From an uncultured Gammaproteobacteria bacterium (lineage in GTDB: Bacteria; Patescibacteriota; Patescibacteriia; UBA11705; JABHMO01), in assembly GCA_964590105.1 (NCBI GenBank), contig CAZPYM010000002.1, positions 218,697 through 282,696 on the forward strand: DNA of 64,000 nt. The letters are read 5' to 3'. Position numbers and translations under genes: made by a program. Below the pieces are notes generated by a model. The model did no database searches. It worked only from the letters and a program-made list of their open reading frames with translations, and had not been told where the DNA came from. This document shows, in pieces, positions 18,484 to 28,226 of this stretch; the first letter of the stretch is position 1, and every line of letters begins with the position of its first letter.

Positions 18484-18639
18484 AGGGGAAGCAAATTAAC
18501 CTAAAAGTATAGCAAGCAATGAAACTTTTGTCAAGCCTTGGAGTATAATAAGTTAATAGCAACCTGCTTAAATCAGCAGTTTTTTTTTGCTAAATTTGGT
18601 GTGAAGTGTCTTATTTTAGGCAAAGTTTGTCAGCAGGTC

Positions 18640-18668
18640 TTGACAAATTTTATTATCCTTGATACAAT
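18640..18668 (+). promoter_or_regulatory. consensus sigma70 promoter: TTGACA, 17-nt spacer, TACAAT.
   Basis: ttgacaaattttattatccttgatacaat; followed by a 5'-UTR hairpin gggtcttctgacc/ggtcagaaggc. Confidence 0.55.
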
Positions 18669-18786
18669 GTTTGGTATTTTGTTTAGCGGCAATGCTTGTC
18701 TTGCTAAACCTGATAATTGTTTTTCAGTCGGGTCTTCTGACCAATAAGGTCAGAAGGCTACTCGGATGAATAATTAGAAGGGAAAA

Positions 18787-19050
18787 ATGTCTAGAATGGA
18801 TAGCCGTCGCAAGCGCCGGTTGGCGAAAAGGCGAAGAGAGTACGGTCCGTTATGGGTAATGAGGAAAATTGTCCGCGAATTGATCGGATCGCGGTCCGGC
18901 AAAGCTCATTCAATCAAGAAGGGTAAAAAGGGCTACAACCGCAAACGCAACCGAGAGGGCGACAACCAGGAGGCGGCTATGAAGCGCAATCTAAAACCGA
19001 GGATCTTCAGACCCCTATCAACTTTAGTAAATAATGGAATTGTTTGTTAA
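18787..19050 (+). CDS. highly basic small protein (87 aa, Arg/Lys-rich)
   Basis: MSRMDSRRKRRLAKRRREYG...; in a GC-rich segment; purine-rich RBS agaagggaaaaATG. Confidence 0.45.
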   Translation: MSRMDSRRKRRLAKRRREYGPLWVMRKIVRELIGSRSGKAHSIKKGKKGYNRKRNREGDNQEAAMKRNLKPRIFRPLSTLVNNGIVC

Positions 19051-19089
19051 AGTTGGTTACTACGTATAACTTTTTTAGGGAGGACGAAG

Positions 19090-19224
19090 ATGGGCAAGAA
19101 CAAGGGGAGCGTGGTTCTGGGTTCGTTCAAGTGCATGCACTGCGGGCAGTCGCACTCCAGCCAGAAGGCAGTCAAGGAGTGCAAGAAGCGGCAGTGCCGC
19201 AACGGCCGGAAGAAGGGACGCTAG
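19090..19224 (+). CDS. zinc-ribbon-like peptide (44 aa, CxxC...CxxxxC)
   Basis: SD agggaggacgaagATG; translation MGKNKGSVVLGSFKCMHCGQSHSSQKAVKECKKRQCRNGRKKGR. Confidence 0.4.
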   Translation: MGKNKGSVVLGSFKCMHCGQSHSSQKAVKECKKRQCRNGRKKGR

Positions 19225-19304
19225 ACCTCCCTCCATAATTGAAACGGCCAGCGATTGGCGCCGACGCGCCAATCGCTGGCCACAGCCGTACTAAGGAGGT
19301 GACT

Positions 19305-19700
19305 ATGGCTGACTCATTGCAGGAGCAGTTGTTTCGTAAAGGTCTCGTGTCTGAGAGAAAATTCAAAGAGCATGAGGCCAGGACTACGCTTGCTACGGGA
19401 GAGCCAGGAGGCGTCTTGGTCGCGGATTTGAGTGAGCTTGATCGTTGTCAAACGGTCGGCGAGTTCAAAGAAGCGGCGCGGAAAGTTCTTGGTGTCAATT
19501 CTGGATTAGCGCAAGCTGTCCTTGATCGGGCAAACCATAAGTTTGCTGGTAGGGGGCAGGACAAGCGTAAGGCGCGCTGGTTTTTCTACGCCGTCCGTGA
19601 CGGACTTCGGGGGAAGTCGGCGGGCGAGCAACAGCGATTTCTGAAGCGAGCGTTTCGTCGATCCGGCGCGACGTTCGAGCCGCCAAAGGACTTTGCCTAG
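19305..19700 (+). CDS. hypothetical basic protein (131 aa)
   Basis: Strong SD ctaaggaggtgactATG; a terminator follows. Confidence 0.5.
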   Translation: MADSLQEQLFRKGLVSERKFKEHEARTTLATGEPGGVLVADLSELDRCQTVGEFKEAARKVLGVNSGLAQAVLDRANHKFAGRGQDKRKARWFFYAVRDGLRGKSAGEQQRFLKRAFRRSGATFEPPKDFA

Positions 19701-19769
19701 GCGGCGGATGTTCAATTCTAACGGATAGGAGGTGAAAGATGACCGAGCGAAATGGGCTTGGCAGGTGAA

Positions 19770-19798
19770 CTCCGGCGTAACGCGTCGGAGTTTTTTTT
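19770..19798 (+). terminator. rho-independent terminator
   Basis: ctccggcgtaacgcgtcggag followed by tttttttt. Confidence 0.65.
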
Positions 19799-19849
19799 GT
19801 GAAAATAAAAAAACAAGCAATCTATTTCAGATTATGCTTGATTTTGTTT

Positions 19850-21814
19850 TTATTGGATTAGACCGTCAGTTTCAGCGTTTTGATCCTGTTCAAGTGCAGA
19901 AGTTAAAATATTTTTAGTTTTGATTATCAGGTCGCCGGTAGAAACGTCTTTTGCTGATAGCGTGGTGTTGCCCAGAAGCTTGATTATTTTACCTTTGTCT
20001 GCGGAGAGTGGCGTGACAACAATAGTGAAACTGGCATGGGCTTCCTTGATTGACTCCGGCAGGCGATTGATTTCCCAGCTGACTTTGCGGGTGCTCGGAT
20101 CAAATCTTAGTTCGCCGGCAGTGGTGTTTGTTTCATTCGGCCAGCTGACATATTCAGGTAATTCTGCGCTTATTAATAGATTTTCCACTTCATGCAAGTC
20201 GTTGGAAACATCCCAAAATATTTTTAAGCCGGTTGTCTCTCCTGATTTTAAGGGCAGGGGGCCAGAGCCAATCGGTGTGCCGTCATCAAAATAATAGAGC
20301 GCCTTGGCGCCGACATTGATATCGGTATTTAATATTAATGCTACTTGGCTGCTAACTACCGCTGCGGTCAGGGCGTCGGGTTCAGTGTTCAGTGCTATTT
20401 CAGAATGAGCTTCAATTTTTGTCTGTCCGAGACTTGCCAGATTAACTGTTTCAAATTCTGTCAGCTGTTTGACCGGCAGAGAAAAATTCACAGTTATTTC
20501 TTCACCGGCCTTGAGATTGGCAAGCTTTGGAATTTGCGTTTTGTCCCAGATGATTTGTTTGCCATTGTCGATTTTTTCGATCTTGCCGAAAAAGTCGTCC
20601 TGCAGTTTATTCCAGTCCAGAATATCCATGGGTTGGCTGTTTATTATTGATTTCAGCTGAACATTTTCAAAATCCTGCTGGCCGTTATTTTTCGCGATGA
20701 TGGAAAAAGCCAGATTGTCGCCGAGCACAATATGTTTATTTTCCGTTGTTCCATTAACAATGAGGTAAGTATTGATTGCCTGATCAATAACTTTGACTGT
20801 AAATTTAAATTCCTTGACTACGGAGTATAATTCATCATTGCCGGGCAAAAGGATTTGAGCAGTGAAAATTCGTTCTCTTTCGCTTTCATTGCCAAAGGTT
20901 AAGGATTTTGGAAAAGAGCCTTCAATAGTTATTTCTTTGCTTTCGGAAAGGCCGGGGATGTCGGTTAACAACCAGAGATTGCTGTCTTCGCTTGGTTCTG
21001 GCTGGGCCGATTGAAAAGTAAAAGATTCTGGATATAAAAAGTTTAATTTTATATTTTCAAAGGAAGCCGTCCCTTTGTTTTTTATTTTTGTTTTGAGGTT
21101 CATTTTTTGCCCCAGCGTGATATTTGAAGGAAAGGAATTCACAATTTCAAATTCCGGTTCTTCGAGCAGAATACTGAAGCTGGTTTCTTTAGAAAACTCG
21201 GAATGAAAATTACTTGGCTCAAAAGTCAGGGTAGCTGTTAGTTTTTGTTCTTCGTTAATTGCGTCAATTATTTTGCCGGTTATTATTATTTCGCCTTTGT
21301 CTCCGGCCCCCAGATCGCCCAGTAGCCATTTGTGATTAGAGAGTTCTGGCTCAGCTTTTTCCAAAATAAATCCGTGCGGCTGTTGCACTAGCAAGCGGCT
21401 ATTTAAAAGATCCACAAGCCCTAGATTTTGGTAGGTGATTTTGTAGTCAAAGGTCTGCCCGATCTGAATTTTTTCCGGGGCGACGATTTCCATGGCCAGG
21501 CTTTGATTTTCAAAAGTTTTATTGCCGCCGAAATACAAAAAGCCGCCAAGCGCGGCCAATGAAAAAATAAAAAGCAGGATTATGGAAACAATGAAAAATT
21601 TTTTTCTGCGCTTGCGGCGGTTGATTTCAATCAGATCTTTTAGCGAGTCGTCAGGCGCTTTCGGAGAGTCTGTTGTTTCCAAGACGGCATCTCCCATTTC
21701 TTTGGCTAAATCATCTTCTTCGTATAATTCAAATAAATCCTTAATCGGATCTTCTTTTGGATATTTAATTTTTCGTCTTATGAATTTAGGACTTGAGTTT
21801 TTGGTGTGAGCCAT
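19850..21814 (-). CDS. membrane-anchored large surface protein with repeated beta-rich domains (hypothetical)
   Basis: N-terminal cytoplasmic tail, single TM (FFIVSIILLFIFSLAALGGFLYF), about 560-aa ectodomain. Confidence 0.5.
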   Translation of the reverse strand: MAHTKNSSPKFIRRKIKYPKEDPIKDLFELYEEDDLAKEMGDAVLETTDSPKAPDDSLKDLIEINRRKRRKKFFIVSIILLFIFSLAALGGFLYFGGNKTFENQSLAMEIVAPEKIQIGQTFDYKITYQNLGLVDLLNSRLLVQQPHGFILEKAEPELSNHKWLLGDLGAGDKGEIIITGKIIDAINEEQKLTATLTFEPSNFHSEFSKETSFSILLEEPEFEIVNSFPSNITLGQKMNLKTKIKNKGTASFENIKLNFLYPESFTFQSAQPEPSEDSNLWLLTDIPGLSESKEITIEGSFPKSLTFGNESERERIFTAQILLPGNDELYSVVKEFKFTVKVIDQAINTYLIVNGTTENKHIVLGDNLAFSIIAKNNGQQDFENVQLKSIINSQPMDILDWNKLQDDFFGKIEKIDNGKQIIWDKTQIPKLANLKAGEEITVNFSLPVKQLTEFETVNLASLGQTKIEAHSEIALNTEPDALTAAVVSSQVALILNTDINVGAKALYYFDDGTPIGSGPLPLKSGETTGLKIFWDVSNDLHEVENLLISAELPEYVSWPNETNTTAGELRFDPSTRKVSWEINRLPESIKEAHASFTIVVTPLSADKGKIIKLLGNTTLSAKDVSTGDLIIKTKNILTSALEQDQNAETDGLIQ

Positions 21815-21834
21815 AGTATGTCACGGCAGAGTTA

Positions 21835-24426
21835 TTATTCGTAAACAAAGGCAATAAGTTGGTCTTCAGGCGAGCTGGATTCAAATAATATTTGCCTGTT
21901 GTTGGATATTGCTATGTCGCCAAAAGCCCAGGTTGGCTTTAGGTGTTCAGGAAGATTGATAGTAAGGGAATATTTTGTGTTTTTTTGCCCAGACTGTTTT
22001 TGCAAAAGAAGCGAGTGAAAGCCGCCTTGTTTGTCAGCTGAGAAAAATTTAAATCCGCTGCCGTCATTTGTATTAATTTTAAATGGCAATCTGTATTTCA
22101 GAACTACAGTTGTTTCTTCGCCCGGATCGACCTGGATCCAGTTGCCGAAAACAGTTTTATTAAATTCATTGTTTATATAAGTGCCGGTATCGGGTTCCAC
22201 CCAGACTTCGCCCTGAACCTGATTCAGCATTTCGTCTTCCTGCCAAAAGTCTTCCGGTTTTTCAAATGATTCCGGCAAAATTTCATCGGTAAAGCCTTGC
22301 GCTGATAAAATCTGACTGCCGAGTGGAGTATAAAATCTGGCAAAAGATAAGTTGGATACTTTGCCAAAAGGGTCTGAGAGTTTGCCGGTATGTTTTCTGG
22401 TTAGTGTAACCGTATTTATTATTTCTCCATTATCGTAAATGTCGGAAACAATATCAATCTTTTGTTCAATCAAGCCGTCTGTTTTTCCTCCGCCGATATT
22501 GGTATTGATCACGTCCAAATAATCCTTGGAAGTGTCGAGCAGTTGCCCGGTCCAGCCGTAGGAAGCTATTTTTTCCTGCGCCGCTTCATTGGTAAAGTAG
22601 AGCTGAATGTCGTTTTGAGCAAGGCCAAGTTTTAGCGTTTTGGCGATATTTAACAGCTGTTCTCCGTCAGCGCTGAAAATTTTGTCCAATAATTTTGGCG
22701 CCAGGTCGGAAAGAATTATTTTAGGCTTGTTTTCTGCCGGATTGTTGTATTCAATGCCAATTGACCTTTGCAATTCTTCAATAAAATTATCAGAAGTAAA
22801 TGTTTTATCATAGCCAGGCAAGTCGATCGGGCCGATTATTTGCATGAGCGACGGGATGAGGCTGGCATTGACCGCTATGACGCCGTCAACGGTTGGCCCG
22901 CCGGAATTTTCATAAAACCAAATTGTTTTGGCGGCTGAAGTCGGGAAGTCCGGGAACCAATTGGCGTCCTGCATTTCCCAAAGCGGATTGATCAAGTGCA
23001 GAGGGAACGGTGAAATCCTTTTTTCTAATAATGAGCCTTGCAAGTCATAGGTGCCACCGCCCGGAATTTCAATATTTTTAATTTGTCCGCGGTCGATGTC
23101 TACTAAGGCAAAACTGCCCATAAAGCCGCCGGTCGGACGAGCCTCATTATTATTTTGAAAAACAAATAAATAACGCCGTTTGTAATCAGAGCCCAGAAGC
23201 TGGTTTAATATTTTTGAAAAACTGTTGAATTCTTTGACGTCATTATTTAGCAAAGTAATAATTTCTTTGCCTTTTTCAAATTGTTCTTGTTTTTCCTTGG
23301 GAATGGCTTTGATCCTGACTTTTGCCAGGTCGTCTTCCAGCTGATTAAGCTTCGGAATAATTTCTTCGAGCTTTTCCTGCAAAGAAAATATTTTGTCAGT
23401 CAGCCTAGCCTGGCTGCCATTGGTAAAAATATCAAATAATTGAGCTAGGGTTTGGCCAATGGCCGAGATTTGCTGGCCGGCCTCCAAGAGATACTCGGCG
23501 TCAGCCAAATTAGCCTGATCGGTCGGTAAAATTTTTAGAATCGATTTAATTGAAAGGTCAATTTCAGCAATTTGTTGGCTGGCTTGGGTGAAATTATGAT
23601 TTGCCTGGCTGAAATTCTGCGCGGCGCCGGCAGTATTATTGGCGGCTAATTCCTGGCTGGCGATTTTTAGATCTTCATAAGCAGTTGTTGCATAGCTGAC
23701 TATTTGATCCTGAGATTGTTTTATTTCCTGATAATGGCCGAATACTTTGATCGGCGTAACGATCAAAAGACAAATGGCAGCGTAGGCGATAATTGTCCGA
23801 TGCCAGCGCAAAGGAAGATTTAAATGATAGAAAAATGGAGTTTTGGTAAATTGTTCGTAAAAATCAGTGTCTTTCGGCGCGCCGCTTTTAAATTCAATCT
23901 GATTTTCATATTCAGCTACAATGGTCGGCTCGGCAAAGTGAGTTGTTTCCGGAATTGCAATGGCGGCTGGCGATTCTTCCCGAATCTGAACCGTCGCCTC
24001 CGGTTGGTGTTCGTGTAAATGATGAAAAAACGACAAAACCCGGTGCTTTTCTTGCTTAGCTTTTTTCTTTTTTTCAATGAGAGCGCTCAAATCCAAAACA
24101 TACGGTGAGTGCTCCGCCCTCCTGGCAATACTCTGCACAATAATGCTGGTGTGCTTGGCGGCAGTTTCTTTGGTAATGGCTTCTTTTTCAGGCAGTAGCT
24201 TGGCCAGTTCTTTCATTACAGCTTGTTCCAGTTCTTTATTGGTTTCATTTTTACTTTGGCTACCAAGAATCTGATCAATTTCATGCTGAAGCAGGCCGAT
24301 GGTGAGGTCGTCCTTGGTCGAAGTTTGGATTGGTTTCTTTTTGCTGGTTGGCTTTTTTGTTTTTTTTCGGTCTGAACCAGCTGAAGTTTTTCTTTTTGAT
24401 TTTGTTTTGCTCTTCATATATTGCAT
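21835..24426 (-). CDS. DUF4012-like membrane protein (863 aa)
   Basis: Lys-rich N-terminal tail, TM, and conserved block FVFQNNNEARPTGGFMGSFALVD recalled from the DUF4012 family. Operon partner of 19850-21814. Confidence 0.5.
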   Translation of the reverse strand: MQYMKSKTKSKRKTSAGSDRKKTKKPTSKKKPIQTSTKDDLTIGLLQHEIDQILGSQSKNETNKELEQAVMKELAKLLPEKEAITKETAAKHTSIIVQSIARRAEHSPYVLDLSALIEKKKKAKQEKHRVLSFFHHLHEHQPEATVQIREESPAAIAIPETTHFAEPTIVAEYENQIEFKSGAPKDTDFYEQFTKTPFFYHLNLPLRWHRTIIAYAAICLLIVTPIKVFGHYQEIKQSQDQIVSYATTAYEDLKIASQELAANNTAGAAQNFSQANHNFTQASQQIAEIDLSIKSILKILPTDQANLADAEYLLEAGQQISAIGQTLAQLFDIFTNGSQARLTDKIFSLQEKLEEIIPKLNQLEDDLAKVRIKAIPKEKQEQFEKGKEIITLLNNDVKEFNSFSKILNQLLGSDYKRRYLFVFQNNNEARPTGGFMGSFALVDIDRGQIKNIEIPGGGTYDLQGSLLEKRISPFPLHLINPLWEMQDANWFPDFPTSAAKTIWFYENSGGPTVDGVIAVNASLIPSLMQIIGPIDLPGYDKTFTSDNFIEELQRSIGIEYNNPAENKPKIILSDLAPKLLDKIFSADGEQLLNIAKTLKLGLAQNDIQLYFTNEAAQEKIASYGWTGQLLDTSKDYLDVINTNIGGGKTDGLIEQKIDIVSDIYDNGEIINTVTLTRKHTGKLSDPFGKVSNLSFARFYTPLGSQILSAQGFTDEILPESFEKPEDFWQEDEMLNQVQGEVWVEPDTGTYINNEFNKTVFGNWIQVDPGEETTVVLKYRLPFKINTNDGSGFKFFSADKQGGFHSLLLQKQSGQKNTKYSLTINLPEHLKPTWAFGDIAISNNRQILFESSSPEDQLIAFVYE

Positions 24427-24551
24427 GATATAACGTTTGCGTATAGCTGATGTTTTTCGGAGCGTAATGGAGCACGCTGGGTTAGGTGAGGCGGCGGTAC
24501 GACGACGAACGGAACCAGATACGCGCCGTTATATGATGTTCTTTTGCTACT

Positions 24552-25886
24552 TTATGGCTGTGATTTCTGGATATTTTTAAATGGAATTAAGAATACTATA
24601 ATTGCAAATAATACTGCAGGAACAAATGCTATTTTATAGGCAAAAAATGAAAAAATGATTAGTATTATTGGCGCTCCTATCATTGAAATTAAGACCTGTT
24701 TTATATTAACTTTTTTTGAATATAAACTGAATAAAAGACATGGTGTTAAGGCGAGCATTAAGAATGAGGCAAAAAGAGCAAGATTAATTATGTCAGGAAA
24801 TATATAAGCAGTGAAAGCGGCAATGATTCCCAAGCCCAGTGTTGTAAGCCGAGCATTTCTCAAGGAAGAGAAAATTTTAAACTCTCTTGATATAATAGTT
24901 GAACCTCCTATTAATAAACTATCAATCGACGACAAAATAATTGATAGAATGCCCGCATAACCTAATCCAACTAAACCCACAGGAAGTAATTTGGGAATTA
25001 ATAAATACATTGCTTGATCTCTGTTTACATCACCAAGCATCGTTGCTGCGAATAGTCCTATAAACATCGTTAGTAAGCTAATCAGAAGCATAAAGGGAAT
25101 ACTATAATAAAGTGATTTTATTCCAATTTTTTCATTTTTTGCTGAAAATATTCTTTGCCATGTAGCCGAGTTCATTAAATAAACAAATCCTCCGATCAGT
25201 ATTGTACCTATAAAAAATCCGATGCCACCAAAAGCAAAAGGGTCAAAGTGTCCTTTTGGGAGATTTGCGATCAGGTCAAAGCCGTTGTTAAACACGCCAG
25301 AAACAAATAGCATAATTAGTAGGCCACCCATAAACCAAAATTGCACAAAGTCTGTTAAAAGGTCGGTTTTTAAACCACCAATAGCTGTGTATAGGATTAC
25401 AATTGCAATACTAATTATTAAAACAAGATTGTAATTAAGGCCGGTTAAAATACTGCCAAGTTGACTTATGGCAACTAAATTTATGGCTGTAAGCAGAAAT
25501 AAAATTGTGATTAGTAAAAATAAGATTGGATATTTGATTTTATTTCCAAATCTCCATTTGAAAATATCTACCAAAGTAAATCTATGTTCTTCGGGGATTG
25601 TGAATATTTTTTTAGCTACTAAAGCGAGTATTATCATGCCTATTACAGAAGCTACTATTGAAGAGATAGCAAACGAAATGCCAGTATCATATACGGCGGC
25701 AACAACACCTATCACGGATGCGGCGATGGTAATACTCGCTACATGTGAAAAAGTTAATAGCCACAAGCCCGAGGAACGTTTGTTTAACCAATAGCTTAAT
25801 ACTGATTTTTCCTTGATTGATTTGATAGCAATAAATACAAGGATCAGGAAGAATATTGATATTGCTACATAATCTAATAAGTGCAT
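24552..25886 (-). CDS. polytopic membrane transporter (about 12 TM; sodium:solute symporter-like)
   Basis: 444 aa, almost entirely hydrophobic helices; family assignment is tentative. Confidence 0.4.
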   Translation of the reverse strand: MHLLDYVAISIFFLILVFIAIKSIKEKSVLSYWLNKRSSGLWLLTFSHVASITIAASVIGVVAAVYDTGISFAISSIVASVIGMIILALVAKKIFTIPEEHRFTLVDIFKWRFGNKIKYPILFLLITILFLLTAINLVAISQLGSILTGLNYNLVLIISIAIVILYTAIGGLKTDLLTDFVQFWFMGGLLIMLFVSGVFNNGFDLIANLPKGHFDPFAFGGIGFFIGTILIGGFVYLMNSATWQRIFSAKNEKIGIKSLYYSIPFMLLISLLTMFIGLFAATMLGDVNRDQAMYLLIPKLLPVGLVGLGYAGILSIILSSIDSLLIGGSTIISREFKIFSSLRNARLTTLGLGIIAAFTAYIFPDIINLALFASFLMLALTPCLLFSLYSKKVNIKQVLISMIGAPIILIIFSFFAYKIAFVPAVLFAIIVFLIPFKNIQKSQP

Positions 25887-25943
25887 ATTATCTCAATTGT
25901 TTATAAATAAAGTAGCGAAAGAATTTCATGTAACTGGTTGCTG

Positions 25944-27059
25944 TCATGTGCTTTTATAAATTTCCAATGTTTGTTTGGCGCAATTTTCCCAGTTGAAACG
26001 CTTGGCGTTTTCTAGTCCTTTACTAATAATCTGGCTCTTCAAATTTTGGTCAAAAATAATTTTGTGTATTTGCTCGGCCATTTGTTCAGTGTCTTCCGGA
26101 TCAAAGAATAGGGCAGAGTCCCCGAGCACTTCCGGCATGGAGCTGGTATTGGTTGAGATAACCGGTGTTCCGCAAGCTTGCGCTTCAATGGCAATCAGGC
26201 CAAAACCTTCGATAAAAGAAGGAAGTACAAATAGGTCGCTATCATTGTATAATATTGGAAGCTCAGATTCTTGAACATATCCTGTTGCGATTATGTCATT
26301 TTTATATGGCGAATTGTTGATCTCGCGTCGCACATTTGTGTAATGCAGATCTTCGCGTCCGCCGAGCACCAGTTGATGCTCTATTTTATACTTTTTTTTA
26401 AGCAAATTAAACGCTCTGACCAGCCCCTCGATGTTTTTGTGGCTGCGCCAGACGCCTACATTAAATATATACGGTTTGGTAATGCCAAACTGGTTTTTTG
26501 TCTTATTAATTATACCACCATTTTCTATTATTTTAAAACGTTCGTCCACACCCTCGTATGTAACGCTGATTTTTGACGGGTCAACCTGAAAATGCTTGAT
26601 AATGCCGGACTTTGTACTCTCGGAAACAGCAATAATTTGGCTGGCTTTGCCCACAGTTGAACGAAATACGGCGCGGTATGCCCATTGACGCCAGCCGGAC
26701 GCGGCTTTGTGGCCCGGATAGAAAAAGGGCGTTAGGTCATGGATGGTGCAGACTGATTTTTTGCGGAATAAAACCGGAGAATTAAAGTGCGGATAATGAA
26801 TTAGGTCAAATTTGTGCTTTATTAGCTCAAAAACAAACCTGGTTTGCTCGGCGTAAGAATAATGAGCGCAATTGGTCAGAATTTTTTTAATGCGCTTGTT
26901 CGGCGGATTAAATTTGGAAAACTCCGGCTCGCGTAAAAACAAGATATATTCATTCTCCTGATCCAACTTGAAAAGTTCGTCAGTCAAGCGCTGAATATAT
27001 GTGCCGATTCCGCTGAATTGTGATGACCCGTACATTCGGCAATCAATTGCAATTATCAT
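25944..27059 (-). CDS. glycosyltransferase family 4
   Basis: GT4 C-terminal EGFGLIAIEAQACGTPVIST motif. Confidence 0.75.
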   Translation of the reverse strand: MIIAIDCRMYGSSQFSGIGTYIQRLTDELFKLDQENEYILFLREPEFSKFNPPNKRIKKILTNCAHYSYAEQTRFVFELIKHKFDLIHYPHFNSPVLFRKKSVCTIHDLTPFFYPGHKAASGWRQWAYRAVFRSTVGKASQIIAVSESTKSGIIKHFQVDPSKISVTYEGVDERFKIIENGGIINKTKNQFGITKPYIFNVGVWRSHKNIEGLVRAFNLLKKKYKIEHQLVLGGREDLHYTNVRREINNSPYKNDIIATGYVQESELPILYNDSDLFVLPSFIEGFGLIAIEAQACGTPVISTNTSSMPEVLGDSALFFDPEDTEQMAEQIHKIIFDQNLKSQIISKGLENAKRFNWENCAKQTLEIYKST

Positions 27060-27158
27060 ATTTTTATAAAGTTAGTGTCGTCTTGAGTCCTGAGCTTAGC
27101 CGAATGATTGAAAGGCGGGCATCAATGGCGATTTTCATATAAAGACGAATTTGTCTTT

Positions 27159-27899
27159 TTATCTTATACTATTCCAAACCAAATTCCAAATTGATTTCAT
27201 GGTTTGCGCGATGGCCTTGTCTTCAATAATCACTGCGGCATATGGTTTGCGGAAAGAGATTAAGGAAACTTTATTTTCGTAAATGTTTATTTCCGTTTCA
27301 AAATCAATGTCCGGCACCAGCCGTGTTTTGCGGAGCTGTTGTTGGTCCTTGTCTTTGATCAGCCGTCCCTTTGGCCCGTCTTTGGCTATGCAATAAAAAA
27401 AGCATTTGTTTTTCACGCGCGCCTCCGGCCCGGCCTGCCATAAAAAATCCTCGGGCAAAGTTTCAAACATTTTTTCATAATCTGTAAATCCGTATATTTT
27501 TCCGTCCGGAACAGAATAGTCGGCGTAAGCCGCGCGCAGGCCCTCGAGCCCTTGATAAAAGCGAACCTTGGGTTTTTTTGTTGGGCGATTGAAAATGCTT
27601 AAAATTTCTGGCAGGGCTTTTTGTACTTCATTTAGCCGTTCTTGCGCGCGCTTTAGCACAGTTTCCGGATTTTCCGGTGCCAGCAAAAGTTTTTTATTTT
27701 TTTTTATTTCGGTCAGCAGTCCGAGATTTTTCATTTCTTCCAAAAAATTATAAATACTGGTGCGTTTTACTTTTGATTTTTGCGCCAGTTCCTGAATCGT
27801 GGCAGAGCCCAACTCCAAGCAGGCTAAATACACTTCAGCTTGTCTTGGCTGAATGCCAAGTTTTGTTAGGGAATCGAGTAGGTATTTCATGTTTGTCAA
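27159..27899 (-). CDS. TrmB-family HTH transcriptional regulator (paralog 4), divergent from the radical-SAM operon.
   Basis: QPRQAEVYLACLELGSATIQELAQKSKVKRTSIYNFLEEMKNLGLL. Confidence 0.65.
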   Translation of the reverse strand: MTNMKYLLDSLTKLGIQPRQAEVYLACLELGSATIQELAQKSKVKRTSIYNFLEEMKNLGLLTEIKKNKKLLLAPENPETVLKRAQERLNEVQKALPEILSIFNRPTKKPKVRFYQGLEGLRAAYADYSVPDGKIYGFTDYEKMFETLPEDFLWQAGPEARVKNKCFFYCIAKDGPKGRLIKDKDQQQLRKTRLVPDIDFETEINIYENKVSLISFRKPYAAVIIEDKAIAQTMKSIWNLVWNSIR

Positions 27900-27920
27900 T
27901 TTTTGCTAAATATATTTCGC

Positions 27921-28018
27921 CCCACTTTAGTGGGATATGCAGGACCGCGTGCGTTTTAATTTACCCGAACATTTTGTTTCCACGTCCGTGTAGTCGTATT
28001 CGACTAAAGTCGGGTAAA
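27921..28018. promoter_or_regulatory. nested inverted repeats in the divergent TrmB/radical-SAM intergenic region (candidate operator)
   Basis: cccactttagtggg hairpin; tttacccgaac pairs with gtcgggtaaa about 40 nt away; cgactaaagtcg hairpin. Confidence 0.35.
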
Positions 28019-28147
28019 ATGATTTTAGTTAATTTTGTCTATGTTTTAGACACTATATCATGCAAAAAATAATCTGTCAAATTCTTGTAATTTTATTAAG
28101 CATTCGTCTATTGCTACTCTTCGTATAGTTTTTTTTAGTCCTTATTG

Positions 28148-28176
28148 TTGACAAGATATTTTTAACTTAATACAAT
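28148..28176 (+). promoter_or_regulatory. consensus sigma70 promoter: TTGACA, 17-nt spacer, TACAAT.
   Basis: ttgacaagatatttttaacttaatacaat; downstream SD aaggagggggcATG. Confidence 0.55.
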
Positions 28177-28226
28177 AAGATGTTTATGGAAAGTTCTTTG
28201 ACAGTTGCCTTTAATAAGGAGGGGGC

